From positions 1 through 64,000 of the IMG/VR virus record IMGVR_UViG_3300001373_000001: a stretch of 64,000 bases of DNA; one strand, 5' to 3'. The notes below the pieces were generated by a model. It saw only the letters and a list, made by a program, of their open reading frames with translations. It made no database searches and had not been told where the DNA came from. This document shows positions 52,801-61,818 of the stretch, piece by piece. Source of the stretch: a virus (taxonomy: Duplodnaviria; Caudoviricetes). The translations under genes were made by a program, and so were the position numbers. The first letter of the stretch is position 1. Every line of letters starts with the position of its first letter.

Positions 52801-54369
52801 GCAAACGAATTCACATTAAAAGCTAAATTTGATTATTATAGATTTAATTCTGCTGTAAAAGAATCTGTTATATATCTAAATGAGATACTTGATGAGGGAC
52901 AGTTATTACATCCATTAAAGCCACAACAAGAGGTTATAACAGACTGGAGACAAATAGGTCTAGGAATATTTGGACTAGCTGATATGCTTATTAAAATGCA
53001 AATTAGATATGGTTCGGATGAATCAATTGATGTTTGTAGGAATATAGCTCATGCAATGGTTAATAAAGCTGTTGAGACTTCTGCTTTACTTGCTAAGGAT
53101 CAGGGAACTTATAAAATGTACAATAAAGAAGCTATTTTAAAAAGTGAATTCTTAAAATATAATTGCTCAAATGAAACTATTGACTTAGTAAGACAATATG
53201 GACTTAGAAACTCTCAGTTATTAACTATAGCGCCAACAGGATCACTCTCAACTTTATTTGGAGTTAGTGGTGGTATTGAACCTATTTTTGAAACTCATTA
53301 TACAAGGAAGACAGAATCATTACATGGTGAAGATGTATACTATGACGTGTTTACGCCAATTGTTGATAAGTATATGAAACTTAAAAATATAACAAAAGAA
53401 GAGTTGCCAGACTTTTTTGTAACTTCTATGAATTTAGATTACAAAGAGAGAATTAAAATGCAAGCTGTTTGGCAAAGATCAATTGATGCTAGTATTAGTT
53501 CTACTGTTAACTTAAACGAAGATGCAACAATAGAAGATGTTGAAGAGTTATATATGTTAGCATGGGAACATAGTTTAAAGGGTATTACAGTGTTTAGGAA
53601 CAATTGTAAAAGATTAGGCATACTAACTACTCCAATGAAGAAAGAACCTGTTGTAGAGCCTGCAAATGTTGTTGAGAGCGTAACATATGCAAACAATTCA
53701 CAAGTTCATTATATAGATTCTAATGGAAAATCTATTGAAATAAAAGTTGATACTAAACAACAAGAATTAGAAGTTCCAACAGGTTTACTATATACAAAAT
53801 ATAAGCTTAGAACAGGATGTGGAAATCTCTATTTATTTGTTGGAGCGGACTACAAAAATAAGAAAATTTACGATATTTTCGTAAATACTGATGGAACTAG
53901 TGGCTGTATGGTTAATACTATATCAAATGCTAGGTTAATTTCGAAATTATTAAGATTAGGATGTCCTCTAGAAGATATTGTAAAACAATTAAATAGCTCT
54001 GGAACTTGTAATAGTTATACTAATTCTAGAACTAAACAACTTGCGTACAATGAAATGTTGAAAAAAGATATCAGTGATAATTTGAAGAAAGAATTGGAAA
54101 ATAAAATAGGCGTTCCAATTTCAAAAGGTAAATCCTGCTCAAGTGCTATTGCCAACATTCTTATTGATATTAACAATAAGTTTATATCAAAAAATAATGA
54201 GGCTGCTGCTACTGATCCATTAGTAGTTAACCTACCTTATTTTCCAGTTACAAATAATGTAATTATTAAACCTTTAAGTTATGAAAATATTGAATGTAAA
54301 CACGAAAACATGAGATTTCAAGAAGGTTGTAATGTCTGCCCAGATTGTGGATATTCAAAATGTGATTAA
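49852..54369 (+). CDS. nrdJ: class II (B12) ribonucleotide reductase with two inteins and TSCPD-type C-terminus
   Basis: PAGRIL, SNC, GGGVG, RRGA, NPCAE (after splicing), CNLGS, IAPTGS, KGITVFR, EGC..C..CGYSKC. Confidence 0.95.
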   Translation: MEISKWLETQLQRDIWSKKYRNGDETFDQWLDRVSNSNPKIKDLIVNKQFLPAGRILANKGLQDIGKKITYSNCFVKNQMVTTQRGLIPIQKVIIGDYVLCDDNTWSEVVNLSNRLYEGDLYRIKTKYNFKDLICTPNHQVMTRDGWKRVDRLIHKNRGLEFHDEIKITKVDGINNQERVLDLSQFILSDDKYNVEVLDYTLVISRINSRSKRVYKSDRYITLDSDLYYLIGRFIGDGWLNYSEDDASYIFGIVFNSLNEMHSYEKCKEIIESKFECETSCYEPKDSHSIVLNTKSIVGFKLLEVLVGRYSTHKSIPEIMIGNLDVVLGILDSDGGIDKNGVIRIGLKNAYLIEQIRETLLLNNIISSESKVVSNGIKINKSKTFKSQTFVNKKMNRKLMPLLSKCYTDLRLNKVHDKIIDYNEVIDIIIEESMEVFVYNLEVKNIHSYTVNGLMVKNCYVLPPPQDNIESIFNTGKELARTFSYGGGVGLSLRDISPKGMRLNNAAKETTGTISFMQLYSDVTEAISQQGRRGALMLSMPISHPDIIDFINIKTDLTKVTKANISIEITDEFMIAVREDQDYTMKFTRTETGETISNTINARELFKIIAKNNWDYAEPGILFWNNIQKWNLLSEDDNFEYAGVNPCIPLGQYILTPTGYKKIQDVDGKISLCGRHFECSELIPSGYKNVVEIRTECGNIIRVSENHKILTKNGDKFASTLTDKDELAMDFKPIHNFVINNYDEYEKGIVVGWFIRHCVIYYDSYILTIRPRHKQFKDELIKYLSKYFTNLEIYQKNNKTNISLKNCPELSAFIENVLYNQDLHNVDILNRSKDFKIGIIKVFITSGRFDTKNRKMFRSLSIKDDYRQLQLLLAEFGILTSRYGNHWKRISFLENGLHFIGALTSSVNFEIKTMQRSIDFKTKKSYQKVDYVKPLGVMPVYDINVPKTGRFNLNSIVVHNCAEEPLPAYGSCNLGSINLSEFVANEFTLKAKFDYYRFNSAVKESVIYLNEILDEGQLLHPLKPQQEVITDWRQIGLGIFGLADMLIKMQIRYGSDESIDVCRNIAHAMVNKAVETSALLAKDQGTYKMYNKEAILKSEFLKYNCSNETIDLVRQYGLRNSQLLTIAPTGSLSTLFGVSGGIEPIFETHYTRKTESLHGEDVYYDVFTPIVDKYMKLKNITKEELPDFFVTSMNLDYKERIKMQAVWQRSIDASISSTVNLNEDATIEDVEELYMLAWEHSLKGITVFRNNCKRLGILTTPMKKEPVVEPANVVESVTYANNSQVHYIDSNGKSIEIKVDTKQQELEVPTGLLYTKYKLRTGCGNLYLFVGADYKNKKIYDIFVNTDGTSGCMVNTISNARLISKLLRLGCPLEDIVKQLNSSGTCNSYTNSRTKQLAYNEMLKKDISDNLKKELENKIGVPISKGKSCSSAIANILIDINNKFISKNNEAAATDPLVVNLPYFPVTNNVIIKPLSYENIECKHENMRFQEGCNVCPDCGYSKCD
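50071..51225 (+). mobile_element. intein 1 (385 aa) with LAGLIDADG endonuclease
   Basis: SN|CFVKNQMV...GLMVKN|CYV; IGRFIGDG and LGILDSDG motifs. Confidence 0.92.
51790..52731 (+). mobile_element. intein 2 (314 aa) with degenerate endonuclease
   Basis: NP|CIPLGQYIL...SIVVHN|CAEE; block B SENH. Confidence 0.92.
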
Positions 54370-54482
54370 AGATGAGTTTAATAATTAACATTAGTACTTA
54401 TTTAGAAGTTGAAATGAGTAAAATAATTGACATTTATGCTTAATTTATATCAAAAAATAAGCACGAAAGTAAAGGAATTAAT

Positions 54483-54983
54483 ATGAATATTAAAGTTGAA
54501 ATTTGTACTGAAGGAGTATCACTTCCGTTTTATGCAAATGAAGGCGATGCAGGAATGGACATTAGAAGTGCTGTTGATATGATAATTGCACCACAACAAA
54601 CTGTTGTTATACCAACAGGATTAAAGATGGCAATACCTAAAGGGTATGAACTCCAAGTACGTGCTAGAAGTGGTTTAAGCCTTAATACACCACTTAGAAT
54701 TTCAAATGGTATCGGTACTATAGATAGTGGTTTTAGAGATGAAATTGGTATTATAGTGACTAATACGTCAATGAAAACTGATAATGACCAATATACTATA
54801 CAAGAAGCATTCTACACTGATTCTAAAGGAAATAACCATGGTTCTTATATAATTAGAAAAGGTGATAGAATTGCTCAAATTGTACTCAATCAAATTCCCA
54901 CAATTGAATTTGAATTAGTTGAAGACGTTAAAAACTTTGGAATAGATAGAAATGGTGGATTGGGTAGTACTGGTACTAAATAA
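54483..54983 (+). CDS. dut: trimeric dUTPase
   Basis: AGMD, RSGL, GTIDSGFR, RIAQ, RNGGLGSTG. Confidence 0.96.
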   Translation: MNIKVEICTEGVSLPFYANEGDAGMDIRSAVDMIIAPQQTVVIPTGLKMAIPKGYELQVRARSGLSLNTPLRISNGIGTIDSGFRDEIGIIVTNTSMKTDNDQYTIQEAFYTDSKGNNHGSYIIRKGDRIAQIVLNQIPTIEFELVEDVKNFGIDRNGGLGSTGTK

Positions 54984-55028
54984 GACTAGAGTGGATATTA
55001 TTCCACTCTTTACAAAGGAGAGTTTATT

Positions 55029-55766
55029 ATGTTTCTAACTGAAAATAAAGTAAGTTTAATAAACGAAAATCTAATTAATGAACCTAATATATTAAAAACA
55101 ATAGAAAAATGTACAAGACTTTGTTATGATTCTGGACATCTTACAACTCAAGATTCATATAAAAAAATAACTAAAAGTATTATAGATCACAATCATTTAG
55201 CAATGTTAGAGCATTATAGTTTATCATTCGAAATAACTTGTAGTCGTGGTTGTAGCATGGAGATTATAAGACATAGAATGGCAAGCTACGCTCAAAAATC
55301 CACAAGATACATTAATTCAACTAAAAGAAATTTTAATATCATTAATCCATACTGGACAAAACTAGAACTCGGAGAATATATTTATATCCAAGCTCCAAAC
55401 ATGTTTCAAACAGATGAGATTGCTATTATTAAAAATGGCGAACAAAATATAGTTACTCATGCATTTAATGAGCTTGACTGGAATTTGCCACACAATCAAT
55501 TTTTAAGAATGTGCTTAATGTCAGAGAAATTTTACTTTGAAACTATGACAATGAATAATTCACCTCAAGATTGTAAGTGCTTTATATTAGATTGTTTTGA
55601 AACTACTATAGTAATGACTGCTAATATCCGAGAATGGATTCATTTTATTAATTTAAGATATTATGAAACTACTGGAAAAGTATATCCAGAAATGAAAAAA
55701 GTAGCTGAAATGATATTAGATATTCTAAGCATAAAATTACCATTTGTATTTAAAAGAGGTGAATAA
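55029..55766 (+). CDS. thyX: flavin-dependent thymidylate synthase
   Basis: RHR-x7-S.R (RHRMASYAQKSTRY), N.REW.HF..LR. Confidence 0.92.
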   Translation: MFLTENKVSLINENLINEPNILKTIEKCTRLCYDSGHLTTQDSYKKITKSIIDHNHLAMLEHYSLSFEITCSRGCSMEIIRHRMASYAQKSTRYINSTKRNFNIINPYWTKLELGEYIYIQAPNMFQTDEIAIIKNGEQNIVTHAFNELDWNLPHNQFLRMCLMSEKFYFETMTMNNSPQDCKCFILDCFETTIVMTANIREWIHFINLRYYETTGKVYPEMKKVAEMILDILSIKLPFVFKRGE

Positions 55767-55768
55767 TT

Positions 55769-56305
55769 ATGAATTACTTATATTGTATAATTGGAAAGTC
55801 TGGAGTGGGTAAAACTACTGTTGCTACTGCATTACAACAAGAATATGGGTTGAAGTCAATTGATTCTTATACAACTAGACCTCGCAGATCAGAGAATGAA
55901 GTTGGTCATATATTTGTTAGCAATAAAGAATTCGAAGTTATAAATCAAGATTTAGTTGCATATACATTTTTTGATAATAATCATTATGGAGTTACCTTAG
56001 ATCAAATAGAAGAATCGGATATATATGTTGTTGATTGGGTTGGATATCAAGATTTACTCAAAAACTATGAGGGTAATAAAATTATAAAATCAGTGTATTT
56101 AGATGCAAAAGAATCAGTATTGTTAAGTAGAATGTTGAGACGAGAAAATGATTATCTTAAAGCTCAAACAAGAATTCATCATGATAAAATGAAATTCAAC
56201 AAGATTAAAAAGAAGTGTGATTATTGTATTGAGAATACTTTGTTAAATAAAACTATACAAGAATTCAAGCGCATTATGGACTACAACAATTCTTTGAAAG
56301 GCTAA
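55769..56305 (+). CDS. gmk: guanylate kinase
   Basis: GKSGVGKTT, SYTTRPRR..E..H.FV, YG. Confidence 0.9.
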   Translation: MNYLYCIIGKSGVGKTTVATALQQEYGLKSIDSYTTRPRRSENEVGHIFVSNKEFEVINQDLVAYTFFDNNHYGVTLDQIEESDIYVVDWVGYQDLLKNYEGNKIIKSVYLDAKESVLLSRMLRRENDYLKAQTRIHHDKMKFNKIKKKCDYCIENTLLNKTIQEFKRIMDYNNSLKG

Positions 56306-56309
56306 TGCT

Positions 56310-59300
56310 ATGAGATATAATAACTACCATAAGCATACACACGAGTCAAATATTAAAACTTTAGATTGTGTAGTCAAACCAATTGACTATATTAAACATA
56401 GCCTTAATTTAGGTCATACAAGCTATTCTAGCGTTGAACATGGTTGGACTGGTAAATACATGTTAAATTATGATTTATGTGTAGAAAATGGATTAAAATT
56501 GATATATGGAGTAGAAGCATACATTGTATTAGATAGATTCCAAAAAGATAAGTCTAATGCACATATAATTATTATAGCCTTAAATAGATTTGGATTTAAG
56601 CAATTAAATTTAATGCTGTCAGAAGCAAATAAGACTGGTCTATACTATAAAACTAGAATAGACTTGGAATTATTACTTAAACTTAATCCAGATGATTTTA
56701 TAGTCACTACAGCTTGCTTGGGTGGAATAGCAAATGCTAAATATAATCTAGACTTTATTGATCCAATCCATAATCATTTCGGGAACCATTTCTATTTAGA
56801 GATTCAAAATCATATATCAAATGAGCAAGCAGAATTAAATACTAGACTCCATAAGCTATCAATTGATAGGAATATAGAGCTAATACATGCAAATGATAGT
56901 CATTATATATTAGGATCAGATAGTAAGTATAGAGATTTATTATTGAAAGGCAAAGGCATAAATTACGCTGTAGAAGATGGATTTAAGCTTGATTATCCAG
57001 ATTATGATGTTATATTAGATAGATATAATAAACAAGGTGTATTAGCCTCTAAAACGGTAATTAAAGCTATACAAAATACATTGATATTTGATAACTGTGA
57101 AGATTTGAAATTTAATAAAGAAATTAAGATGCCAGCTTTCAAATGCAATGATACTACAAAAGAACTCAAAAAGATATTGAACAAAAAATATAAACAATCT
57201 GATGATAGAGATGTTTCTAGGAATAAAGAATATATAAAGTGTATTAAAGATGAACTTGATATAATAGTTAATACAAATATGCAAGATTATTTTTTGTATA
57301 ACGAAAAGATAATTAGAGTTTCAAAAGAAGATTATAACTTAGTTCTAACTAGAACAGGAAGAGGGTCGTGCGTAAGTTTTTATTTAAATAAACTATTAGG
57401 ATTCACAGAGATTGATAGACTTGTAAGCCCTATAACTCTATATCCTACAAGATTTATGTCAATTGAAAGAATATTATCTACTAAGAGTTTACCAGACATA
57501 GACTTTAATTGTGCCAATGTAGAACCAGTTGTAAAAGCTTCTAAACAAATTCTTGGCGAGAATGGTATTTATCAGATGATTGCTTTTGGTACTATGCAGA
57601 AGTCAGAAGCATTTCGAAACATGTGTAGAGCATTAGATTTAGATATAGAATTATATAATGAAGTTGCAAAAGACTTAGATCAATATTCAGAACATCCAGA
57701 TTGGAAAGATATAATTGAATCATCAAAAGTATTTATTGGTACTATAGACAAGATATCTCCAGCGCCATGTTCTTATCTAATGATGGATAAGGATATATCA
57801 GAAGAGATTGGATTAATCAGAGTAAATAATCTTATTTGTTGTGCAATGGATGGAATGACCGCAGAAGTATTTAAATACCTCAAGAACGACTTCTTAGTAG
57901 TAAAAGTATGGGATATAATATCTAAAACTTTTGAGGCTATAAACAAGCCTATACCCAATATCAAGCAACTAGAAGAATTACTTGATAATAAAGTTTGGGA
58001 TTTATACGAAAATGGTCTTACAGCTACACTAAACCAAGTTGAGACACAGTTATCAACAGGATTAGTCAAACAATATAAGCCTAAAAGTGTAGCAGAACTT
58101 TCAGCATTTGTTGCTTCTATTAGACCAGGATTCGCAAGTCTAGTGAATAAATTTATATCTAGAGAATACCATACAACAGGTATCAAAGAATTAGATGATT
58201 TATTAGAAGATAGTTACCATTATATGTTATACCAAGAATCTATCATGAAATTTCTAATATGGTGTGGTATAAAGGAATCTGAGACATACGACATCATCAA
58301 AAAGATTGCTAAAAAGAAATTTAAAGAGCATGAATTAATAGAGCTTAAAACTAAACTAATAAATGGATTTAAGGCTAAAACAAATGAAGTTGATAAGTTT
58401 AATGAAGTTTGGCAAGTAGTAGAAGATGCAGCCAATTACAGCTTTAATGCTAGTCATAGTTTATCTGTAGCATATGACAGTTTATACCAAGCTTATCTTA
58501 AGGCTAATTATACTATAGAATATTTTACTGTTTGTTTAAATATTTTCAAAGAAGACTTAGAGAAGACCAACAGGATAATAGATGAATTAGATCATTTTAA
58601 TATAAAATTATTCTCGGTTGATTTTGAGCATTGCAATGATGATTATTCATTTGATAAAGAAACTCAGACTATTTATCGAAGTGTATTGTCTATTAAAGGT
58701 TTTGGAGAAAAGACTAATATTAGTTATATAATTAATAAGCTTAACAAGAATAAATTTGATGATTTCATAGACTTACTAAATGCATTGATAGAGAATGGGT
58801 TACAACAATCAAAGATCAATATATTAATCAAACTTAACTTCTTTAAAAAGTTTGGAGATATTAATTACTTACTAGAAGTATCTAGAATATATAATCTATA
58901 TAATACTACTAAGATACTATCAAAAGAGAAAATTGAGAAAGCTAATTTAAATATAGAAATTGTTAAAAAGCACTTTAAAAAAGAGACTGAAAAAAGCTAT
59001 TCAGATATAGAATCCAATGTAAATTTTATTAAAGATATTTGTATAGATATAAAATATGAAAATTCCGATATAATAGATATTATACAATATGAAATGCTTT
59101 ACTATGACATGATTACAAGTACATTCAAGATTAGCAAATCAGTATATTATGTTCAAGATATTTTAGGAAAAAAGTCTAAAACTATTAAATGCTATAATCT
59201 TAAAACTGGTAAAACAATTATGTTTAAATTAGATTATAGAGTAATATTTAATTCCAAAAAGAATATGTATAATTATAATAAAGTGTTAATAACTAAAAAT

Positions 59301-59435
59301 ACATTTATAAAAATTATAAAATCTGAGTGGCAAGACAAGATGATGCTAGTTGATAGTAAATGGATACCAAGCGGTGAAAAAATATTAGCAATAAAAAGGT
59401 TCGATGGGTTAAATAATAAGCTTCAAACTATGTAA
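56310..59435 (+). CDS. dnaE: DNA polymerase III alpha-like (PHP + polymerase)
   Basis: HKHT, NDSHY, GRGS, LPDIDF, K.DFL, YQE, YSFNASHS..Y. Confidence 0.95.
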   Translation: MRYNNYHKHTHESNIKTLDCVVKPIDYIKHSLNLGHTSYSSVEHGWTGKYMLNYDLCVENGLKLIYGVEAYIVLDRFQKDKSNAHIIIIALNRFGFKQLNLMLSEANKTGLYYKTRIDLELLLKLNPDDFIVTTACLGGIANAKYNLDFIDPIHNHFGNHFYLEIQNHISNEQAELNTRLHKLSIDRNIELIHANDSHYILGSDSKYRDLLLKGKGINYAVEDGFKLDYPDYDVILDRYNKQGVLASKTVIKAIQNTLIFDNCEDLKFNKEIKMPAFKCNDTTKELKKILNKKYKQSDDRDVSRNKEYIKCIKDELDIIVNTNMQDYFLYNEKIIRVSKEDYNLVLTRTGRGSCVSFYLNKLLGFTEIDRLVSPITLYPTRFMSIERILSTKSLPDIDFNCANVEPVVKASKQILGENGIYQMIAFGTMQKSEAFRNMCRALDLDIELYNEVAKDLDQYSEHPDWKDIIESSKVFIGTIDKISPAPCSYLMMDKDISEEIGLIRVNNLICCAMDGMTAEVFKYLKNDFLVVKVWDIISKTFEAINKPIPNIKQLEELLDNKVWDLYENGLTATLNQVETQLSTGLVKQYKPKSVAELSAFVASIRPGFASLVNKFISREYHTTGIKELDDLLEDSYHYMLYQESIMKFLIWCGIKESETYDIIKKIAKKKFKEHELIELKTKLINGFKAKTNEVDKFNEVWQVVEDAANYSFNASHSLSVAYDSLYQAYLKANYTIEYFTVCLNIFKEDLEKTNRIIDELDHFNIKLFSVDFEHCNDDYSFDKETQTIYRSVLSIKGFGEKTNISYIINKLNKNKFDDFIDLLNALIENGLQQSKINILIKLNFFKKFGDINYLLEVSRIYNLYNTTKILSKEKIEKANLNIEIVKKHFKKETEKSYSDIESNVNFIKDICIDIKYENSDIIDIIQYEMLYYDMITSTFKISKSVYYVQDILGKKSKTIKCYNLKTGKTIMFKLDYRVIFNSKKNMYNYNKVLITKNTFIKIIKSEWQDKMMLVDSKWIPSGEKILAIKRFDGLNNKLQTM

Positions 59436-59517
59436 ATAGGATAATTATTACTTGATATGTTTTATGCAACATGTTAAAATATAAATTGAATACAATATTA
59501 TTATTGGAGGATTTCAT

Positions 59518-59871
59518 ATGAAAATCAAATTAAATTTCTACATAGACATTGGCAATCAATTAAAGCCAACAGAAGTGTCTAGTCTAATGAGCGACTTAAA
59601 TCGTCAAGTATTAAATAATCTAGTTTTAAACTCAAAAGTATTAGGAATTGAAGTATTATCAACTAATAAGGAATTTGAAGCATATATGCCAGAACTTACT
59701 AGTTGTAATGAGTGCAAAAATAAATGTGAAGAATGTGAAGAAGATGTTGAGGAAACTGAAACTGAGAGCGATGTTGAATATATTGATATGTCAGATATTT
59801 CAACAGATGAATTATTAGAGGAGTTGCGTTCTAGAATTGAACAAGGCAATGAAGAAGAGGACGAAGAATAA
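59518..59871 (+). CDS. acidic hypothetical protein
   Basis: GGAGG RBS; Cys cluster and D/E-rich C-terminus. Confidence 0.7.
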   Translation: MKIKLNFYIDIGNQLKPTEVSSLMSDLNRQVLNNLVLNSKVLGIEVLSTNKEFEAYMPELTSCNECKNKCEECEEDVEETETESDVEYIDMSDISTDELLEELRSRIEQGNEEEDEE

Positions 59872-59877
59872 TTCGCC

Positions 59878-60150
59878 CTATATATAACTACCAACTATAT
59901 TCTTATCATCATTATGTTGTCTAGGCATAAATACTAGACCATGTGATTCGAAATAAGATTTACAAACATTTAAATCTTCGAATTTCTTAATTGTACTAGT
60001 AGTTTTTACACTTCCTTTACTTACTTCAAATAATCTTGATACTATGCTTTCTGGATAGTCTAAAGGTTGCTTATATATAGCATATATGTATATAGTATTA
60101 TTTGTATTATTACATATTATTATATCTTGTTTTTCAATGTCACCTTGCAA
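59878..60150 (-). CDS. hypothetical protein
   Basis: GAAGGTG RBS; IY..P.DYP...V.R.F pattern. Confidence 0.6.
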   Translation of the reverse strand: MQGDIEKQDIIICNNTNNTIYIYAIYKQPLDYPESIVSRLFEVSKGSVKTTSTIKKFEDLNVCKSYFESHGLVFMPRQHNDDKNIVGSYI

Positions 60151-60406
60151 ATTTTATTCACCTTCCTTTCTATTTCATATTACTACAACCAAAACTTTTT
60201 TTCAAATTAACTTTTTTGGTTAAATTGTTTTGGTATAAATTTAATAATTAATTTAATATGTTTATTGAAAGATATGAACCTATGAACTTATATATTAAAT
60301 ATTCATAGGTTTACATCTATTTTACAATAGTCTATTGACTAAGTGTATTAATTTAACATAAAGTCCATCGACTTTGCGTTAAAAAAATAAATTAGAGGTA
60401 TTTTAT

Positions 60407-60904
60407 ATGAATGTTGGTAAAAACTTTGAGAATCAGTTTAGGAAATCAGTTCCAAAAGATGTACTATATTACAGAAATAAAGATACCGACCTATCTTGGT
60501 GTGGTGGTAATAGTAAGTTTACTCCAAAAAGTGAATTTGATTGTTTATTATTTGATGGATATAATTTATTTATATTAGAACTTAAGTCTACTAAAGAATC
60601 AAGGATAAGTTTTGGAGATAACGGAATGATTAAGACCCACCAGATCAGATCATTAAATTCTTATTCGCACTATAAAAATTGTATTTCTGGATTTATATTT
60701 AATTTCAGAGATAATTCAAACTTTACTTGTTTTTTGAGCGTTCGAGATTTTGATATGATAACAACAGATACCGAGAAGAAATCAGTTAATATTAAAGAGA
60801 TCGCCAAATATTGTATTCCAATAGATAATAAACTACTTAGAATACAGTATTCATATGACATAGCAGGATTTTGTTTGAAATTTGCTGAAAATATTAATGT
60901 TTAA
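60407..60904 (+). CDS. recU: RecU-like Holliday junction resolvase
   Basis: GKNFE, FD...ELKST, HQI..L. Confidence 0.85.
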   Translation: MNVGKNFENQFRKSVPKDVLYYRNKDTDLSWCGGNSKFTPKSEFDCLLFDGYNLFILELKSTKESRISFGDNGMIKTHQIRSLNSYSHYKNCISGFIFNFRDNSNFTCFLSVRDFDMITTDTEKKSVNIKEIAKYCIPIDNKLLRIQYSYDIAGFCLKFAENINV

Positions 60905-61041
60905 TAGGTTAGAATCTTTAAATTGTCCAGAGAATTTTACATTTTTGTAGTATTTTTACAGATATGTACATAAAAAAAGCAATATCAAATATATATTACT
61001 TTTTTCAACTATGTACAAACTAATATGTTTACATTAGTTAT

Positions 61042-61301
61042 CTGCTTTCAATATAGCAATTATTAGCTTCAATTCTAACAAATTAGTAAAGCTTAGTATC
61101 GTTTCAATGTACAATTGTTTAATATTTTCAACTGTTTCAATAATAGCAATTGTTGTCAACTAACCGTCAAGTAACCGTCAAGTAACCGCATGTTTTCAGC
61201 TTTCAATATACAATTGTCGTTTATGTCTGCTTGCAACATAGCAATTATTAAATCTAAATTAATATCAGTTTCAATATACAATTGTTTAAATATTTTCAAC
61301 T
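61042..61301 (-). repeat. tail of truncated/degenerate CRISPR repeats with short spacers
   Basis: about 19-20-nt repeat-like units at 61045, 61101, 61134, 61200, 61230, 61268. Confidence 0.75.
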
Positions 61302-61592
61302 GTTTCAACATAACAATTGTTGTTTGCAAACTAATTAAGTTGAATTCAATTTAAATTAATGGTTTGCAGTTTCAACATAACAATTGTTGTTTGCAAACCA
61401 CATACTAACAAAACAAAAGTTAAAACTCGAACGTTTCAACATAACAATTGTTGTTTGCAAACGCAGAAATAGTTGGTAATGGTAGTAAAAAAACAAGGTT
61501 TCAACATAACAATTGTTGTTTGCAAACACTGCATTTTTCGATTATTAACCATCCACCATAATGTTTCAACATAACAATTGTTGTTTGCAAAC
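61302..61592 (-). CRISPR. CRISPR array: 5 identical 30-nt repeats, 4 spacers (37, 34, 35, 35 nt)
   Basis: GTTTCAACATAACAATTGTTGTTTGCAAAC at 61302, 61369, 61433, 61498, 61563; minus-strand repeat ends in TTGAAAC. Confidence 0.97.
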
Positions 61593-61659
61593 GCTTTTCG
61601 AAACTAGCTTTCAAAAATTACAAAACCTCTAACTAATCATTACAACTAGCTTTTAAGAT

Positions 61660-61805
61660 TTTGTTCCAAGTACAATTGCATTTTGCTATCCAAGTGGATA
61701 GGGTGTCTATATAGTTCTTGGAAACTCAATAGACTTAACGAGCGGAAGCCAACTACCAAGTAGAATTACGACGAATACTCGCTTTTAGCCGCCAAATCGG
61801 CTTAA
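61660..61805 (-). ncRNA. Cas12f tracrRNA
   Basis: TATAAT right after the cas12f stop; stems AGCCG/CGGCT, GCGAG/CTCGT, GTCTAT/ATAGAC, CTATCC/GGATAG; 3' anti-repeat CAAAATGCAATTGTACTTGGAAC. Confidence 0.75.
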
Positions 61806-61818
61806 GTACTATTATATA

